Source of the DNA: Kudoa neothunni
Lineage: Eukaryota > Animalia > Cnidaria
NCBI GenBank assembly: GCA_964304625.1
Contig: OZ199840.1
Coordinates: 10,819,224-10,883,223, forward strand
Length of the DNA stretch: 64,000 nucleotides
Direction of reading: 5' to 3'
Shown here: positions 13,313-26,400 of the stretch, one piece after another
How positions within the stretch are numbered: position 1 is the first letter of the stretch
How the letters are laid out: each line of letters begins with the position of its first letter
The notes under the pieces: generated by a model
What the model was told of the DNA's origin: nothing
What the model saw: the letters and a program-made list of their open reading frames with translations, nothing else
Database searches by the model: none
Program-made: the position numbers and the translations under genes

Positions 13313-14655
13313 CCTTCCGAGCGTATTCAAACGTCCATTGGACCTCAATGGATGTTTGAATCGATTTTAGAGAGTCTTATTTTACATCAATGAATTTAAG
13401 ATTACATCCATTCTCCTACAAATATGCCTTCTTTTAAAATATCACAGAATATTTTAATTTGTAAATACAGATCATGAAATAATCAAAATACTTTCACACT
13501 CCTTCTTTTGGGGTCAGATGGACCCCACGTTTTTTTTCTACCAAACGATGGAGAAAAATAATTTACAACAATTTTGATAATTAAATAAAATTTTATCGAG
13601 AGGAAACAGAGATAATTTGAAAAAACTATGTGTACTCCAAATACCGATCATTACCGACGAGTGAAATATTGTCATAATTGGTTCTTAATGTAATATTTTG
13701 CATAAAATTGAATTCGATATATAAGAATTTTACGTTAACTTTCGATTATTGTTTTATTAACGTCATCCTATTGTTCCTAAAGATAATAAATGTTATCGAA
13801 ATATGTACAAAGATAAGGATGATGTTAATTGGTTTTCTGAGAATCTTCAAGTAATTAAAAGATCTAAACAAAATATTTTTCAAAATCTCAAGGTTCAAAT
13901 TTCTACGTTTTGAACAGAATAACATCATTAGTTGATGCATTACTCATATTTTATGGTGAATCTTTTTCTCAACTATTATTTCACATACTAACAATGTTGG
14001 CAATTATAATTGTCAGAATTATTTGAAGATATGACAAACCAACAGTTATTGGCTTATATTGGAACCCTTGTCTATATGTTAATTCTCAAAGCTAAATTAT
14101 AATCACTCGAATTTCTTTTTCACGAGTGATGCTGTTATTGTTTAAGATCTCAAGACAAGAAAAAGACAGCAAGGATTTTTTTTTGTTTTTAGAACCAACT
14201 GTAATAAAGCAATTCAAAGTTGTTTTCGTGATATGTTGTAACATTAAAAACTAAAATAATATAAATAACTCGCATTTTATCAATTTTGAAACAATATGTA
14301 TAGTTGGTTTTATTGGGCGTGATTAGTAAAAAATTGATTATAATGGAAACATTTTATGAGATTTTGTGAATATAGGATGATATATATTTTTATTAAAATG
14401 CATTAATTTAAAAAATAAAGTTAAACTCGTTAAATTAGTTGCTTAATTTGACCTTTTAAATGTTTCGGTAATTATCGTTTACCATCAGCGGTGTTATAAT
14501 TGTGATATTTTTCAATATTTTATCGATAGTTTTCTCTCATACTTTAGGAAATTACTTATTGCATTTATCTTCATAATTCGAGTTAAAAAAAATGTGGGGT
14601 CCATTGTACCCCATAAGAGGGAATGTGTAAAGTAGATTTTCAGGCACTGGGAAGG
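13313..14655. mobile_element. Non-autonomous piggyBac-like element
   Basis: TTAA|ccttcc... and ...gggaagg|TTAA termini. Subterminal inverted repeats ggggtcagatggaccccacgttttttt (~13510) and aaaaaaatgtggggtccattgtacccc (~14590). Confidence 0.75.
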
Positions 14656-17094
14656 TTAATACTAATTATAAAATATAAATATAATTCATATTTATGAGTA
14701 ACACAAATTTTGTAAGTTTATTTTCATAACACTTTTACATCCTTTTTCAGAGGTTGTAAGTTTTAAAATACACTAAAAGGTCTGGCAAATATAATTAATC
14801 AAAAAGTTTAGATGCTAAATTTCATTTAACGAGCAAGAAAGTATATATATATATATAGAGGTTGTGTGGTTATAACAGATTTGATTTAAATAGGTCTATT
14901 TGAGGCTAGATCATCGAATTAGGACTCTAAACCGCCTGAAAATACTCAATTGTTTTGGTATAACTTCAAAAATTATTTTAACGATCGCTTTTTGTATATA
15001 AATAAACTGATATTTGGGACTTTTAAGCCAGCAACATTTGTTAAAGACAGATCATTATCGTAAAATCTATATAGTAAATTTTAACATGAACATTTAAAAT
15101 TTAATAAATAAAAATATGTTTAAGTGGTCACGAAAATTATAGGTCTAAGCAATCGCAGAATTAGGAGAAATTCGTTTTCGTGGCAATAGACAACCCCAAC
15201 ATGAGATTATACGCTAGCGTGGTTATAGCCACAGCCTACATAAAATACAAAGTTCAGAATTGCGCGAAGATTATGTGTTCCAAGAAACGATGTATGTCAA
15301 AAAAGCTTTGGGACTGTTAAAAGTCTAATCTATTAGGAATAGTAGGATTCGTGTCCGAATAAATATGGTTGAAATTTCAAAAGAATAGAATAATTTTTTG
15401 TTGTATTTTTTTAACGTTTTAAGTTTTTATCTAAATCACCCTTCGGGTAACCGAAAGGGTTAGAGTCACCTGGGGCGGCGGTGGTTATGAGCCATGAATC
15501 TGTATATAGATGTTATATTGGAAAAAAATTTAAACTATAAACAACCATTTTTAAATTATTAAATGAAATAAAATAAATCGAAAGTTTGAAAAACGCTTGC
15601 ATCTCATGATCCAATAATTTTTTATCGATCGAATAATTGAATCAACTCTTTATTATTTCGTCTAAAATCACATTATCCTTAGACTGTATAGTTGTATTCC
15701 GTTGTAACGCTTCACGTGTACGCCGATTTCTATTTACTTTCCTTCGTTTCTTCAAAAACACGGATGCATCAAATAATGATGATGAGATTTAAACGAAATG
15801 ACGTCCATTTGTTAGTATTAAAATTTATTTGTATTAGATCTTTTCTTTATCTTCTTAAATCTAATAGCTACATACACCATTAAGTAAAATTTTGTAATGT
15901 TTCATTTATGACTATTTATTTCGCGCAGTGAATTTTCGGTAAATATTCATACTATCAACATAATGAAATGTGTATCGTCTTAAAAAATATAATTTAAAAC
16001 ATTTTCATTTCGAATATTTTCCCCTGAATTAGATATTCCGAACACCTCAAGTGTAGACGCGTATTGTGATTAGTTTTGGTGTTAACATTATGCAATTAAT
16101 ACAATATAACACCTAATGCTTGTGGAAAATATGAATTTCATATTCTTATAGACATGGAATTAATACTAGACAATTCCTAAGGATGGAATCTGACAATCGA
16201 TCAAAAATCATAGTTGTCACACTCAAATTTTTGTATAAATAAAGCAGCAATCTTTACTTGATCGAGTAAATGGTACGACCTTTGGAAATGGCTACGAGTG
16301 GCTAGCAGTTATTTATATGATAGATTATAGAAACTATTATTGATAACAAATACAGCGCCGAAAATAACCTACCGGTGTTGAAACAATGATAAATACAAAA
16401 AATTAAAATAATAAACAGGTTCGATTTATATTACGGTCATTATTCTAAATTTAAACCAAAAATTGAATATATAATGAATAATTGAGATTTGGAGTGAAAA
16501 TTAAAAAATTCTATTAGGACTAAGATAAGCTACATGTTCATTATTTTAGCGTGTTTGTTTATTTAGTTAATCAACTAGATAGTATTTAATTAATTAATTA
16601 GATAGGTAACAAATACTTTTTGTTCATTTTGTCGAATCATATTTTTTAAGTAATAACTTTACAAAAAATTATAAGATTAAATGGACAATATAAATAAATT
16701 AGCTTAGGCTCCTATATACTTATAAAGGATTTTTAAACATAAGTGACACCTTTGTTTCTCCAAATCAAAATTTTAATTGGACATTTATTGGGGATATACA
16801 ATTTATTATGATAATTTTAAATAGAAAATTGTCTCAGTGAAGCGTAATTATGGTTTCAAGTGATGCAAGTCGTCTATTTTCGCAACCTCTTAAAAAACCA
16901 TGAATAATGGAGCGCTAACTATTCGAAAGCATAATTGGCAGACTATTATCAAATCTAAATTTATTAAAATATCGGATATGATTAGTTTGGATATTCGTGA
17001 TATAATCTTAAGGTTCATAACATTATAAATAAATAACTAAATTAAATGAAATAACAAAAAAAGCTCATAATGGCCTAAATATAAATAGAATAAA

Positions 17095-18207
17095 CTAGCG
17101 GGAACTGCTAAGCGTTGCTTGGGGGTATTAAGCACTGAAAAATTTCTTAATAACGCTCAAAAGAGATATTAATATTTCAAATTAACTTATCGGTGCAGTC
17201 AAAGTAAACAAAATTTTTAAGCATTATATTTTAGCGACTTTGAATATGAAATTTAAATTATGATCATTTCTGTGAAGGATTGTACCAATTTTGGCGTTCA
17301 TTTAAAAATTTCGTAGCTCGGCACCAACTCTAAATAATTTATGTTCATTGCCGTATTTTTTCACAATGTCGAATTATGTAAATTCCCCTAAAGTGTTATC
17401 GAAAACGTTATTTTTGGCCCGGATCAAAATATTTTTACAACGAATTTTGGAGGTGGTAAAAAAAGATATAGAGATAGAAGAAAATACTCGATAATTGATT
17501 TTTAATACTCAAATTAATATCTCTTAGTCCGGCATAAATTTTAATGCGCTATTTCTCAAAAAACACATACAAATAACGTCAATATTAAGTAAAATAATTT
17601 GAATAATCGGACAAAATAAGAATACACGTATCTGCATTGAATTTAATCACTGAAAGTTCAACTTAACGAACGATTTCAATTAAATCCACCGACATAGAGC
17701 GTTCATTATAAAGCTTCAATCTATCTAATGATCGCATTTACAACTAATTTTCTATTAATAAAACAAATATAGACTTTTTGTTGCATCAAAACCAGTAATA
17801 GAAACATCAAAGTATGCGTATCAAGTCAATACGTTAACTCCGCAAACAAGGAGTGAATTTGTAAAAACACCAAATATACATTCCAACATTATATAAAAAA
17901 TCGGACAATATCGCTTAATTTAAATTTGATAAAGCATATAAATGAGAAAATAATTTCAACCGACCATCAGCAGGTCATCAGCAAGTGTTAATCTTATTGT
18001 TAAACTCAAGTAATCCAATAAACCAACATTGAATCGACAAAATCACAATTTTTTAAACACTTTAGGGAACATTTGGTAGTGTGAAAACGATTTAAAGTTT
18101 TTCGAAACAATGTGATTTTGAGAAAATTTCACAGATGCCTCTATAAGGAAAATTTTTGATACACACAGACACTTCAGCTATATATATATATATATATATA
18201 TAATAGA
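17095..18207 (-). mobile_element. Non-autonomous Helitron-like element
   Basis: On the minus strand it begins A|TCTATT(AT)n..gtgtctgtgtgt and ends in a GC-rich subterminal segment followed by CTAG|T. It sits at an AT target with no TSD. Confidence 0.6.
18179..18202. repeat. (TA)n microsatellite at the 5' end of the Helitron-like element
   Basis: Direct run of TA dinucleotides. Confidence 0.9.
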
Positions 18208-19215
18208 TAAAACAATTAAAGCTTGTTATATTTTTAGCTAAAATGTCTTCAACATTAAAATTGTAATATGCAGCAAATCTTTGGACGGACTCTGTGACCA
18301 TAAGCTGGCATTAGAAGGATAAACTGGACTCTCACGATAAATATTCTCATTTATGAATATCTATATTGTATGAATTTAATTGCAGATCAAATAATTGGTT
18401 TTTATGTTTTTATCACTATCTTAACTTAAAGATACGTTGATAAATTATTTGTACGACTTAAAAATTTAACCATCTATAGCATATGTTTTCAAGAATAACA
18501 TGACAATATGGATAATTCATGAACATAATCATGCAACCTATATTGAAGATATATCCAGATATAAACTTTTATATACACGATTATTTATCGTTTGGAAATA
18601 TTTTCATATAAAAATGCTAAAGTTTAACTTATTTGATCGCTTAATTAAATTTAACTATTTCCCACTAATAATTTAGAAAAGAATCAATGAAAATAAGGTG
18701 TAATGTATTATTCTAAACCTGCTTAAAATTTGTGGTTTAATTCTGACCCTAAGACTTTTCTACGTATTTACATTTAATAGAGTATTGATAATTTTTGATC
18801 AAATTATTCATAAATTAAACCCTATTTAATATTAATATATTAAATAAAATTATTTGTTCAACACGTTAACCTTCTTGGTATATAGAAATTATATCGATGA
18901 AATATCATTGTAGTGTGAGTTTATTAGTACCTTGAAAATGTTGTTGGAAAATTAATGCTATTAGGATTTTACTGGAAAATCTATTTTATAAATGTCTATA
19001 TGATTTGATCAGCACAAAAAATATTTGGAGAAAATTTATGTGACATTAAAGTGGTTAAAAGTAGTTAATATAGTAACTATTTGAAAAATTTCCAATTTTC
19101 TTGTAGATACAAAAGGATTAAATGATTATCCTTTGAAGATAAACGTTAATTCCTGAAGTATACATAAAAAATCGAGATTCATTATTAAATCTGTTAGTTA
19201 TTAAGCATATTATAA

Positions 19216-21661
19216 ATGATAATGCATAATAACAAACTGATATGCGCCTTCCTGTTGGCAGTTTTTCTAACAGTTGTTCACCAAAATATCCAAAAAGTAT
19301 CTTGGCATGCATTTTCTCCATTTCAAAATTTTTAGGACGAATTTCTAGTATTAAATCTATCATTTTCTACAAAAAAATTAAAAAGATATGAGATAAACCA
19401 GAAAACCAATAAACTCAAAATATTATCCTCACGTTATTGTATAAATACAATATATACCGGCCTAAATTATACTTTAATTTTTTTAGTAAAGAATAGAATA
19501 TTCACGGACTCCAAATTGCATAGAACTGATAACTTAGAGCGTATATTAAAAAATGAAACTCAGCAACATGGCAATGATTCTACTATGGCTACACAACGGC
19601 TGATTGTGACGACAACTGATGAATTCAGAATATTATCGTATAATTTATTTGGAAAATTTGTTTAATATTAAAGCTGTAGGAAAATTAATTCAACAAAGCG
19701 GAATGTAATAAAAAGGTATGTTTTTGATGCTGCAAATTCGACGAGAATTCCATCCAATGATGTTAAATTTTACCACCTAACTCCAGCAGATGAAGCCTTT
19801 TTAATTCTTTATCCCAAAATAATCGTAAATTATATTATAATATTATATTTAAATGAATTATATATAAATAGGATGATAAGAACTCTATATATGTTATCGT
19901 TGATCATTTTAGCATTGTGATGGGCTATACCAACCCATCTAACAATTCAGAAACATACTTGTCAAGGTTTAGTCAGGGTGAAAATTCCAATCACACAATT
20001 ACTAACACTTTTGATTGTTTTGGAGATGAAACAATGGAAATACTCACTAATAACTATCTCTTGCTTGTAACGAATTAAACACTATCGTCTATGATTTTTA
20101 ACAAATTTCTAAGGAGGAATGCTCAAATGATTCAATGAGATTATCAAACGTCATGAATCCATGTTACCCAAAAAATGTTTCTTTGATTCATGCACCCGGT
20201 AAAATAGACGATTACGAAATCTGTGGTCACAGGTTTTACGTTCGAAACAACAATTGCAATTCTATAAATGTTGTGGGAGACTACAATGAAAATAAATGCT
20301 ACGAGTTACTTGAAAAAGTGACCAACTTAAATCATATAGATGACAAGTATACAGTTAATTCCCCTTTCCAACTGGATTCAGAGTTTATGCGTCCTTTATA
20401 CGAAAAGGAAAATGTATGTTTGTCAATAATCGTAGAATTAACAAAAATATTTCCATCGTTGAAATAAACGCTTGTTTTGTGAATTTCCAATTTTAAAAAA
20501 TACATTTTAAAAATTATAAGTTAATATATTTATTAAATTTTTTGATAATGAAACAAACAACAACTAAATTAAATAATATTCAAATGACAAGCGACTACTC
20601 ATTTATATCTTTTTATATAAATACATTAATAATACTTTAAATCTTTTTATCTTTTGAACAAAATTGAACTAATATTTTTATATTTATATGAAATCAGTTG
20701 AAAAAAAAAGTGAAAATTTATGCTTCCCATAATCTACAAGGTAAAAATGGTGAGGCTGATATTCTAGAAATACTTTGTAACAAGTCACTAAATTTAAACG
20801 GACCGGTAAAATTTTTAGTTAAATATACACTTTACTTTGCGGTAGGTTAACATGGAAGAAAATTGTTTTAGAGCAAACTACCTAAAGTTTGTTGTCACTA
20901 AATTAAAACTACAAAACAGATCAAGTTATTATAAGGTATTTAAATAATTACGTTCATATAATTTTTTTATTAAATAGAAAAATAATATATTTTTTGATAA
21001 AAATTTTATTTTACTTTCGAAAACATTTTCCATCTTGGAAGATAAAAATGGTTATTCATTATTTTGTATCAAACTTTGCTAATTTGGACTGTTATCAGAG
21101 GAAGAACAAAATAATAAAGAGTCTTCTCCTAGTGAGTATACTTATGCATTAATCATGTATAATATCCCTACAGATGATGAGATTCCTGTTGAAAATCCAA
21201 ATGAAAAAGTCATTAAATCAATTACACCTGTGACTATAAAGGACAAAAATGTAACACCTAGTTGTAACGCGTATATTCAACTATATTAAGCTAATAATTA
21301 TCCATCAATTAATTTTTAGTTCAAACGTATGCAAAGAAGAAAATAGCAAGCCCGACGACTCAGAAAAGAATAACAAAGGTAAACGTATCATCGAAATTAT
21401 AAATATATTAGAAAATACGGTCCAGTTAATTCATGTAATAAAAATTTATTATTTCTCTCATAGAAGTATCCCCTATCATTTTCAAACAAGCAAGTTCAAA
21501 TGATCGAACCAAAAAAAAAAGGGACTGGTATGATTATCGGCATAATCATTGGAATAATTCTGCTCTTGCTATTATTTGGTATCATTGTATTCATATTGTA
21601 CAAGACCAAAATTATCAAACGGTCTGCAAAATACGATATGCGCAATGCTGTCTACAAATAA
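19216..21661 (+). CDS. CD39/NTPDase-fold membrane protein, paralog 1 (apyrase motifs degenerate)
   Basis: N-terminus MIMHNNKLICAFLLAVFLTVV; then LIVTTTDEFRILS, FYHLTPADEAFL, TFDCFGDETMEILTNNYL, NPCYPKN, GDYNENKCYELLE, CFRANYL, a stalk, TM MIIGIIIGIILLLLLFGIIVFIL and KRSAKY tail. A frameshift lies in the A10 run at 21511-21520. Confidence 0.78.
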
Positions 21662-22325
21662 ATATATAATAATTGTGTCCGATCCGAAATTCGATGTCTC
21701 TTCATATTAGCATTATTTTTTCCTCCAAATAAAATTTTAAAAAACTGGAATATCCCTTTCTTTCATTATTAGATATATAGTTAATTGGCATTTTTAAGGT
21801 AGACAAGTAATCAATTAATCCTTAAGATAATTTGAATGATGCATGAGTTTACTAAAAAAGGTACAAATTTGCTTTGGTGAAAAATTTTAAAAGGATTAAT
21901 AAAATTATTTTTAATCGAACCTAAAATTATAGAAAGACAGACAGAGTAAAGTAAATAGCCGTATTTATTAGTCCATTTATGGGTAATTTTTTATTTTGCA
22001 GTCATACAGAAAGCTCTTATTGCAACTTTTCGAATAATTGTATAAATTCCAGTTCCGCCTTTAACGTGTAAATCTTGATAATAAATAAACGTTTTCCATT
22101 AATATGATAATTTTCAGCGTGTTACATAAATATCTCATACATTCTCAACACATAAAAGTCAATTTTGTTTATTTACTAGGTCAAACTTCCGGCGCAACTG
22201 GTTACGCCTTATTCATTTACGCTGTAGGCACAACAGCACCATATTCAGGTGACTACCGTTTATGCGGATATGCAGGACTTTATCCCAAAAACACTCTCGT
22301 TTTGGAGGAACAATTACCCCTAATA

Positions 22326-24016
22326 TAGTGATTCTCAACCTGTGGTGAATGGTCTCCGAGGATGAATCTGAGAGGGTCTGTGAGTAATTCCAATAAAATC
22401 CGAATCTAATTTTATCATCGTACATTCTTTATAATTATATATTTTTTAATACTTCTGTAATTATTAAAAATTTCAAATATACCCTTGCGTTATTGATTTT
22501 TATAAATATTTAATGTTTATTCTAAAATTTTCTTTTGTTATAATTTATTTTGTAAAAAATCTATAAAAATAATAGTTATTCAGTAGATTACTTGTTAAAA
22601 ACTAAAAATTTCCAAAAAAATATTTCTTATTGTTTCAGACTAAGCATTTAGAATGATTATTACTTGTACAACAACCTATTATTGCGAAACTAGATTTCCG
22701 TGTTAATTACCATAAAAATAAAGTCACAAAATCGTTTATCTGCGTGTTGCTCTTTCACATACTTATCAGAATTCTGTGAACTTATTGATGAAAAAAACTA
22801 AATAAATAGCATAAAATATTTTTCAATGTAAGTTATTTTTAAAAAAGTAGGGTTGGCAAAAATGCAGTATAATGACCATAATCAAAATCAGCGGCGACTA
22901 CGTTCAGGAACGAACCCGTTGAATATTTTAATAATGAGTATTGTCGAATAATGCGACATCAATAAAATCCTTTCACTATCCGCTATTTGTCATCACAATA
23001 GCATTCGCAATAATCTATTAATGCAGAGAACTCCTAGTCCCTCGCGATTATTTCGACAGGCTATACCACCAATTAAGTTTGCTCAAGTAAAGCATGCTCG
23101 ATATGTTGTAGAATTTAAGTCAGACAACTCTAATTTTGTTTTATTGTCATATATCGTCCTTAGAAATTGCCTATTATTAATCTATGTCTATAAGAAAAAA
23201 AATTCGTATTTAATGCAAGCATTAGATGTTCAATTGTAGAAAATGCATAACCATAATTTCAAAAATAATATATTGAATGAAAATAAATCATTACTGGCAA
23301 AAATTATGGCATAAATATAAGGCTAATCTGGGTTTAAAAATATACGATTAATATTCAAACCAAATATAATCTATAATCTTAAAATTAGGTCATTATTCTG
23401 CATTAATCTAACAGTCTAATATAATTTCTCCCTTGTTAACTCTTTATTTTAATAACCACAATAATTAACGGAAATAAAGAATTTAAATAGAAAAAATATT
23501 TCGATTATAAAAGTGTTTTTCCATTAAATTTTTTTACGAATTTATCTTTTAAGCATTTAACCCTGAATAGATAATAATTGACCAAACATGATTAAATTTA
23601 TTATTTTAAAAAATTATGTATCATTGTCTATACATGGTTATAATATTAATAATTTCTAAAAAATAACAGTGAAGGATTTCATAGTTGTTAATTTTTTTTT
23701 TTAATATATCTTAAGATGAAACAATTACATAATTACTTTACAACATAAATATTTATATATAATTGGGGATACAAGATAAGCACTTTAAGATAACCCTTTC
23801 GTTCCCTAATTTATCTTGTTCATCAATAATTTTTTAAAGCACAATAATATTAAAATTATGTAAAATTTGAATGTTTTTTTAATAAAAAATTCTAATTCTT
23901 TTTAAATTTATTTACTGAAGTGAAAAAGGAACTAAAAGTTAAAATATTTATATGTACGATTGGATTATGCATTAAAACAGGATGGGGTCCATATGAATGA
24001 AAAGTTGAGAACCACT
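22326..24016. mobile_element. Non-autonomous hAT (Charlie-like) element
   Basis: TIRs agtgattctcaac / gttgagaaccact (12/13 match) with a ggggtcc subterminal motif; TSD not clear. Confidence 0.55.
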
Positions 24017-24849
24017 CCACTGCTCATACCCTAGACTCACTCAGAATTAGTTTGGGAAAGTCGTCTGAACGCGGGTGTCCACTCTACGAAAACCACCTAC
24101 TTGGTTTTATTTCGTGCATGTACTTGGCGGTTATGAGAGCCGAGTTCTACCATTCTGTCAGGTTTTCATCGCAGCAGCAAGCAAAACCAAGATACTTCGA
24201 AGATTTCCACAGCCTTCTTACTCAATTTCAGATTAGGAGTAAAGGAACGCCTGGAATAAGCCTCGAGTCTCCATACTGTGAGGTTGCGAGCCACACCTAA
24301 CATTACTATACCGTATTGTTAAAGCTCACATAATGGTAAAATAAACGCTTGATGATGCTCATAGGTGGCAGCAGCGCCAGAATTCGAATCACGAGGTAGC
24401 GAATTCAAGCCCAATCCCATGCACATGCAAACCACGGCTTCTAGGTCTTGGCTCCCAGTTAAGTAATTACTGTCAATAACGGTTGTTTCCAGCTTTTTGT
24501 AGGGTTGTTAAAAAGGTATGCAATAAAAATAAAGTGGGTAATATCCATTTTCTTGTATTTGTAAAAAAATTCCGTACAAAATAACTTCGAATATATGACT
24601 CAAAGCTTAAAAGACATATAAGATAGAAATGGGTTTTAGAAAATGACAAATAGTGACACACAACGAAAAGAGCGCAATGTTAAAATAGGCAATAACTGGT
24701 GTTGACTGCATATAGCAGTATTTTTTGTATGTAAATTCAATAATCATATTTTAATAGAATTTTAAGGATTCTCATTTAACCTACGCACCTTAGCCATTAA
24801 TTCATGTCCATGTACGCTCGAAATTGACCTCAGTACCTCAAAACTATTA

Positions 24850-26400
24850 TTAATACTCTTTGTACAACTCGCATTCGTTACAAAAAGTTATTGTTTTCCA
24901 ATACTTTAATACAGTTAAGCGATTGAATTCATTAGATGAAACCTAATAACAGAGAACATATCATTGACTCTGAGAGCTCCATAACCGACGATTGCAAACT
25001 TGTTAATTAAAACAATTTATATCTATTTATGAGAACAAGCGTATAATGTTTTGATACATGAAAGAAGAGAATCTCACACTGCTTCCGCAACATATCTGAA
25101 AAAATCAAACGTTGTTTTGTCCATACTAATGGTTTTTGAATCCAAAATCGAATCTTTGGCTGTCTAAGTCACCTCATTGCGTTGGTCACGAAAATAACTT
25201 TTAAGGCGGTTTAAATCGAATCCTACTCACGTTTTTTTACATTGTCAAAGCGGAAGTCATTCGAATGAAACTCGTGAAAGAGTGATTGATTTGGTTTTTA
25301 ATACGGGCAAGAGTCAGCAAAGAGTTTCTGAATCCCTTAAAACCCAGAATCAACCCTTTAGAGAATATTAAAAGACTATAGAAGTACTGAAAAAATATAG
25401 CAGTAAATGAGGGAGGATATAGAAATATTTCCCTTACGTCAAAAAAGAAAAATAACCTAATCAAATTAATAGAGTTCGACTGTACAATCACCTTACAATC
25501 CAATATTGAAAAGCTAAACCTGACCGACCGCCCTATTACGTTTTGGAGACAGTTGATGTTGATAAATATGACATTTAAACCTGCAAGACTTATTCCACTA
25601 AGTAGAAATTGTGAATCCATGAAATTAATGCGAAGTGGTATTCCAACATCTCCATTGATCGAAGCTATAAAAACCTAATATTTGTTGACGAAAGTTCATT
25701 TATGCCGCACATTTGGCAAAATCATGGAAGAGAGTTGGGTAATCAGATTCCTAATCCTGTGTTTAGGAAGAGAATGGAGGACAATATCTCCATTACATTG
25801 GTTGTGGGTGCCACCAATGTAGTTCATCATGATACAGTTTTTGGTAATGTGAATCATGAGAGATTCCGAGCATTTTTGATAAAGTTGAATGAGATTTTGG
25901 GAAATGGCTAATTCGCATTTGTCATGGATAATATTCGCTCTCATCATACCAATATGGAATTCTATCATGAATATGGTTATGAAGTTGTTTTCTTACTTCC
26001 TAATCATAACCCATTCTTATATCCCTGCGAGGAAGTATTTTCCAAAATAACAAAAAATTCGTTTTGGCGAACCTATAACTTATAAAAGGAAGAGATGATC
26101 TCTTTAAAAGAATGAAAGAAGCCTCCAACTCTGTATCATCCGATAATTTGAAAGCTTATTATCAACGTGCAAAAACTTTCTCTGGAAAATGACATGCCCT
26201 CCTCGATATCGAAAGGAATTATCTGAAACATAGTGAAACAATGTATCTTGTATTTTTCCTTTATTTACTGTCTTTCCCATTACATTAACAAGACTCTAAT
26301 AGATATTCACAAGAAATATAATTTTTTTTATAACTGTAAATTTTCTTGTAAAAAAGTTGACTTTTGATGCAAAATTCGATATCAAAGTTTTGCAAAACAG
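24850..26400 (+). mobile_element. Decayed Tc1/IS630-like DDE transposon
   Basis: Interrupted frames contain IFVDESSF, FVMDNIRSHH and LPNHNPFLYPCEEVFSK (D-D-E triad); ends are approximate. Confidence 0.8.

Noticed and set aside
15438-15465. Hairpin cccttcgggtaaccgaaaggg as a terminator or ncRNA
   Set aside because: Eukaryotic context and isolated; more likely a TE subterminal palindrome.
15690-16400. Possible decayed transposase on the minus strand
   Set aside because: Motifs too eroded to assign a family and no clear termini.
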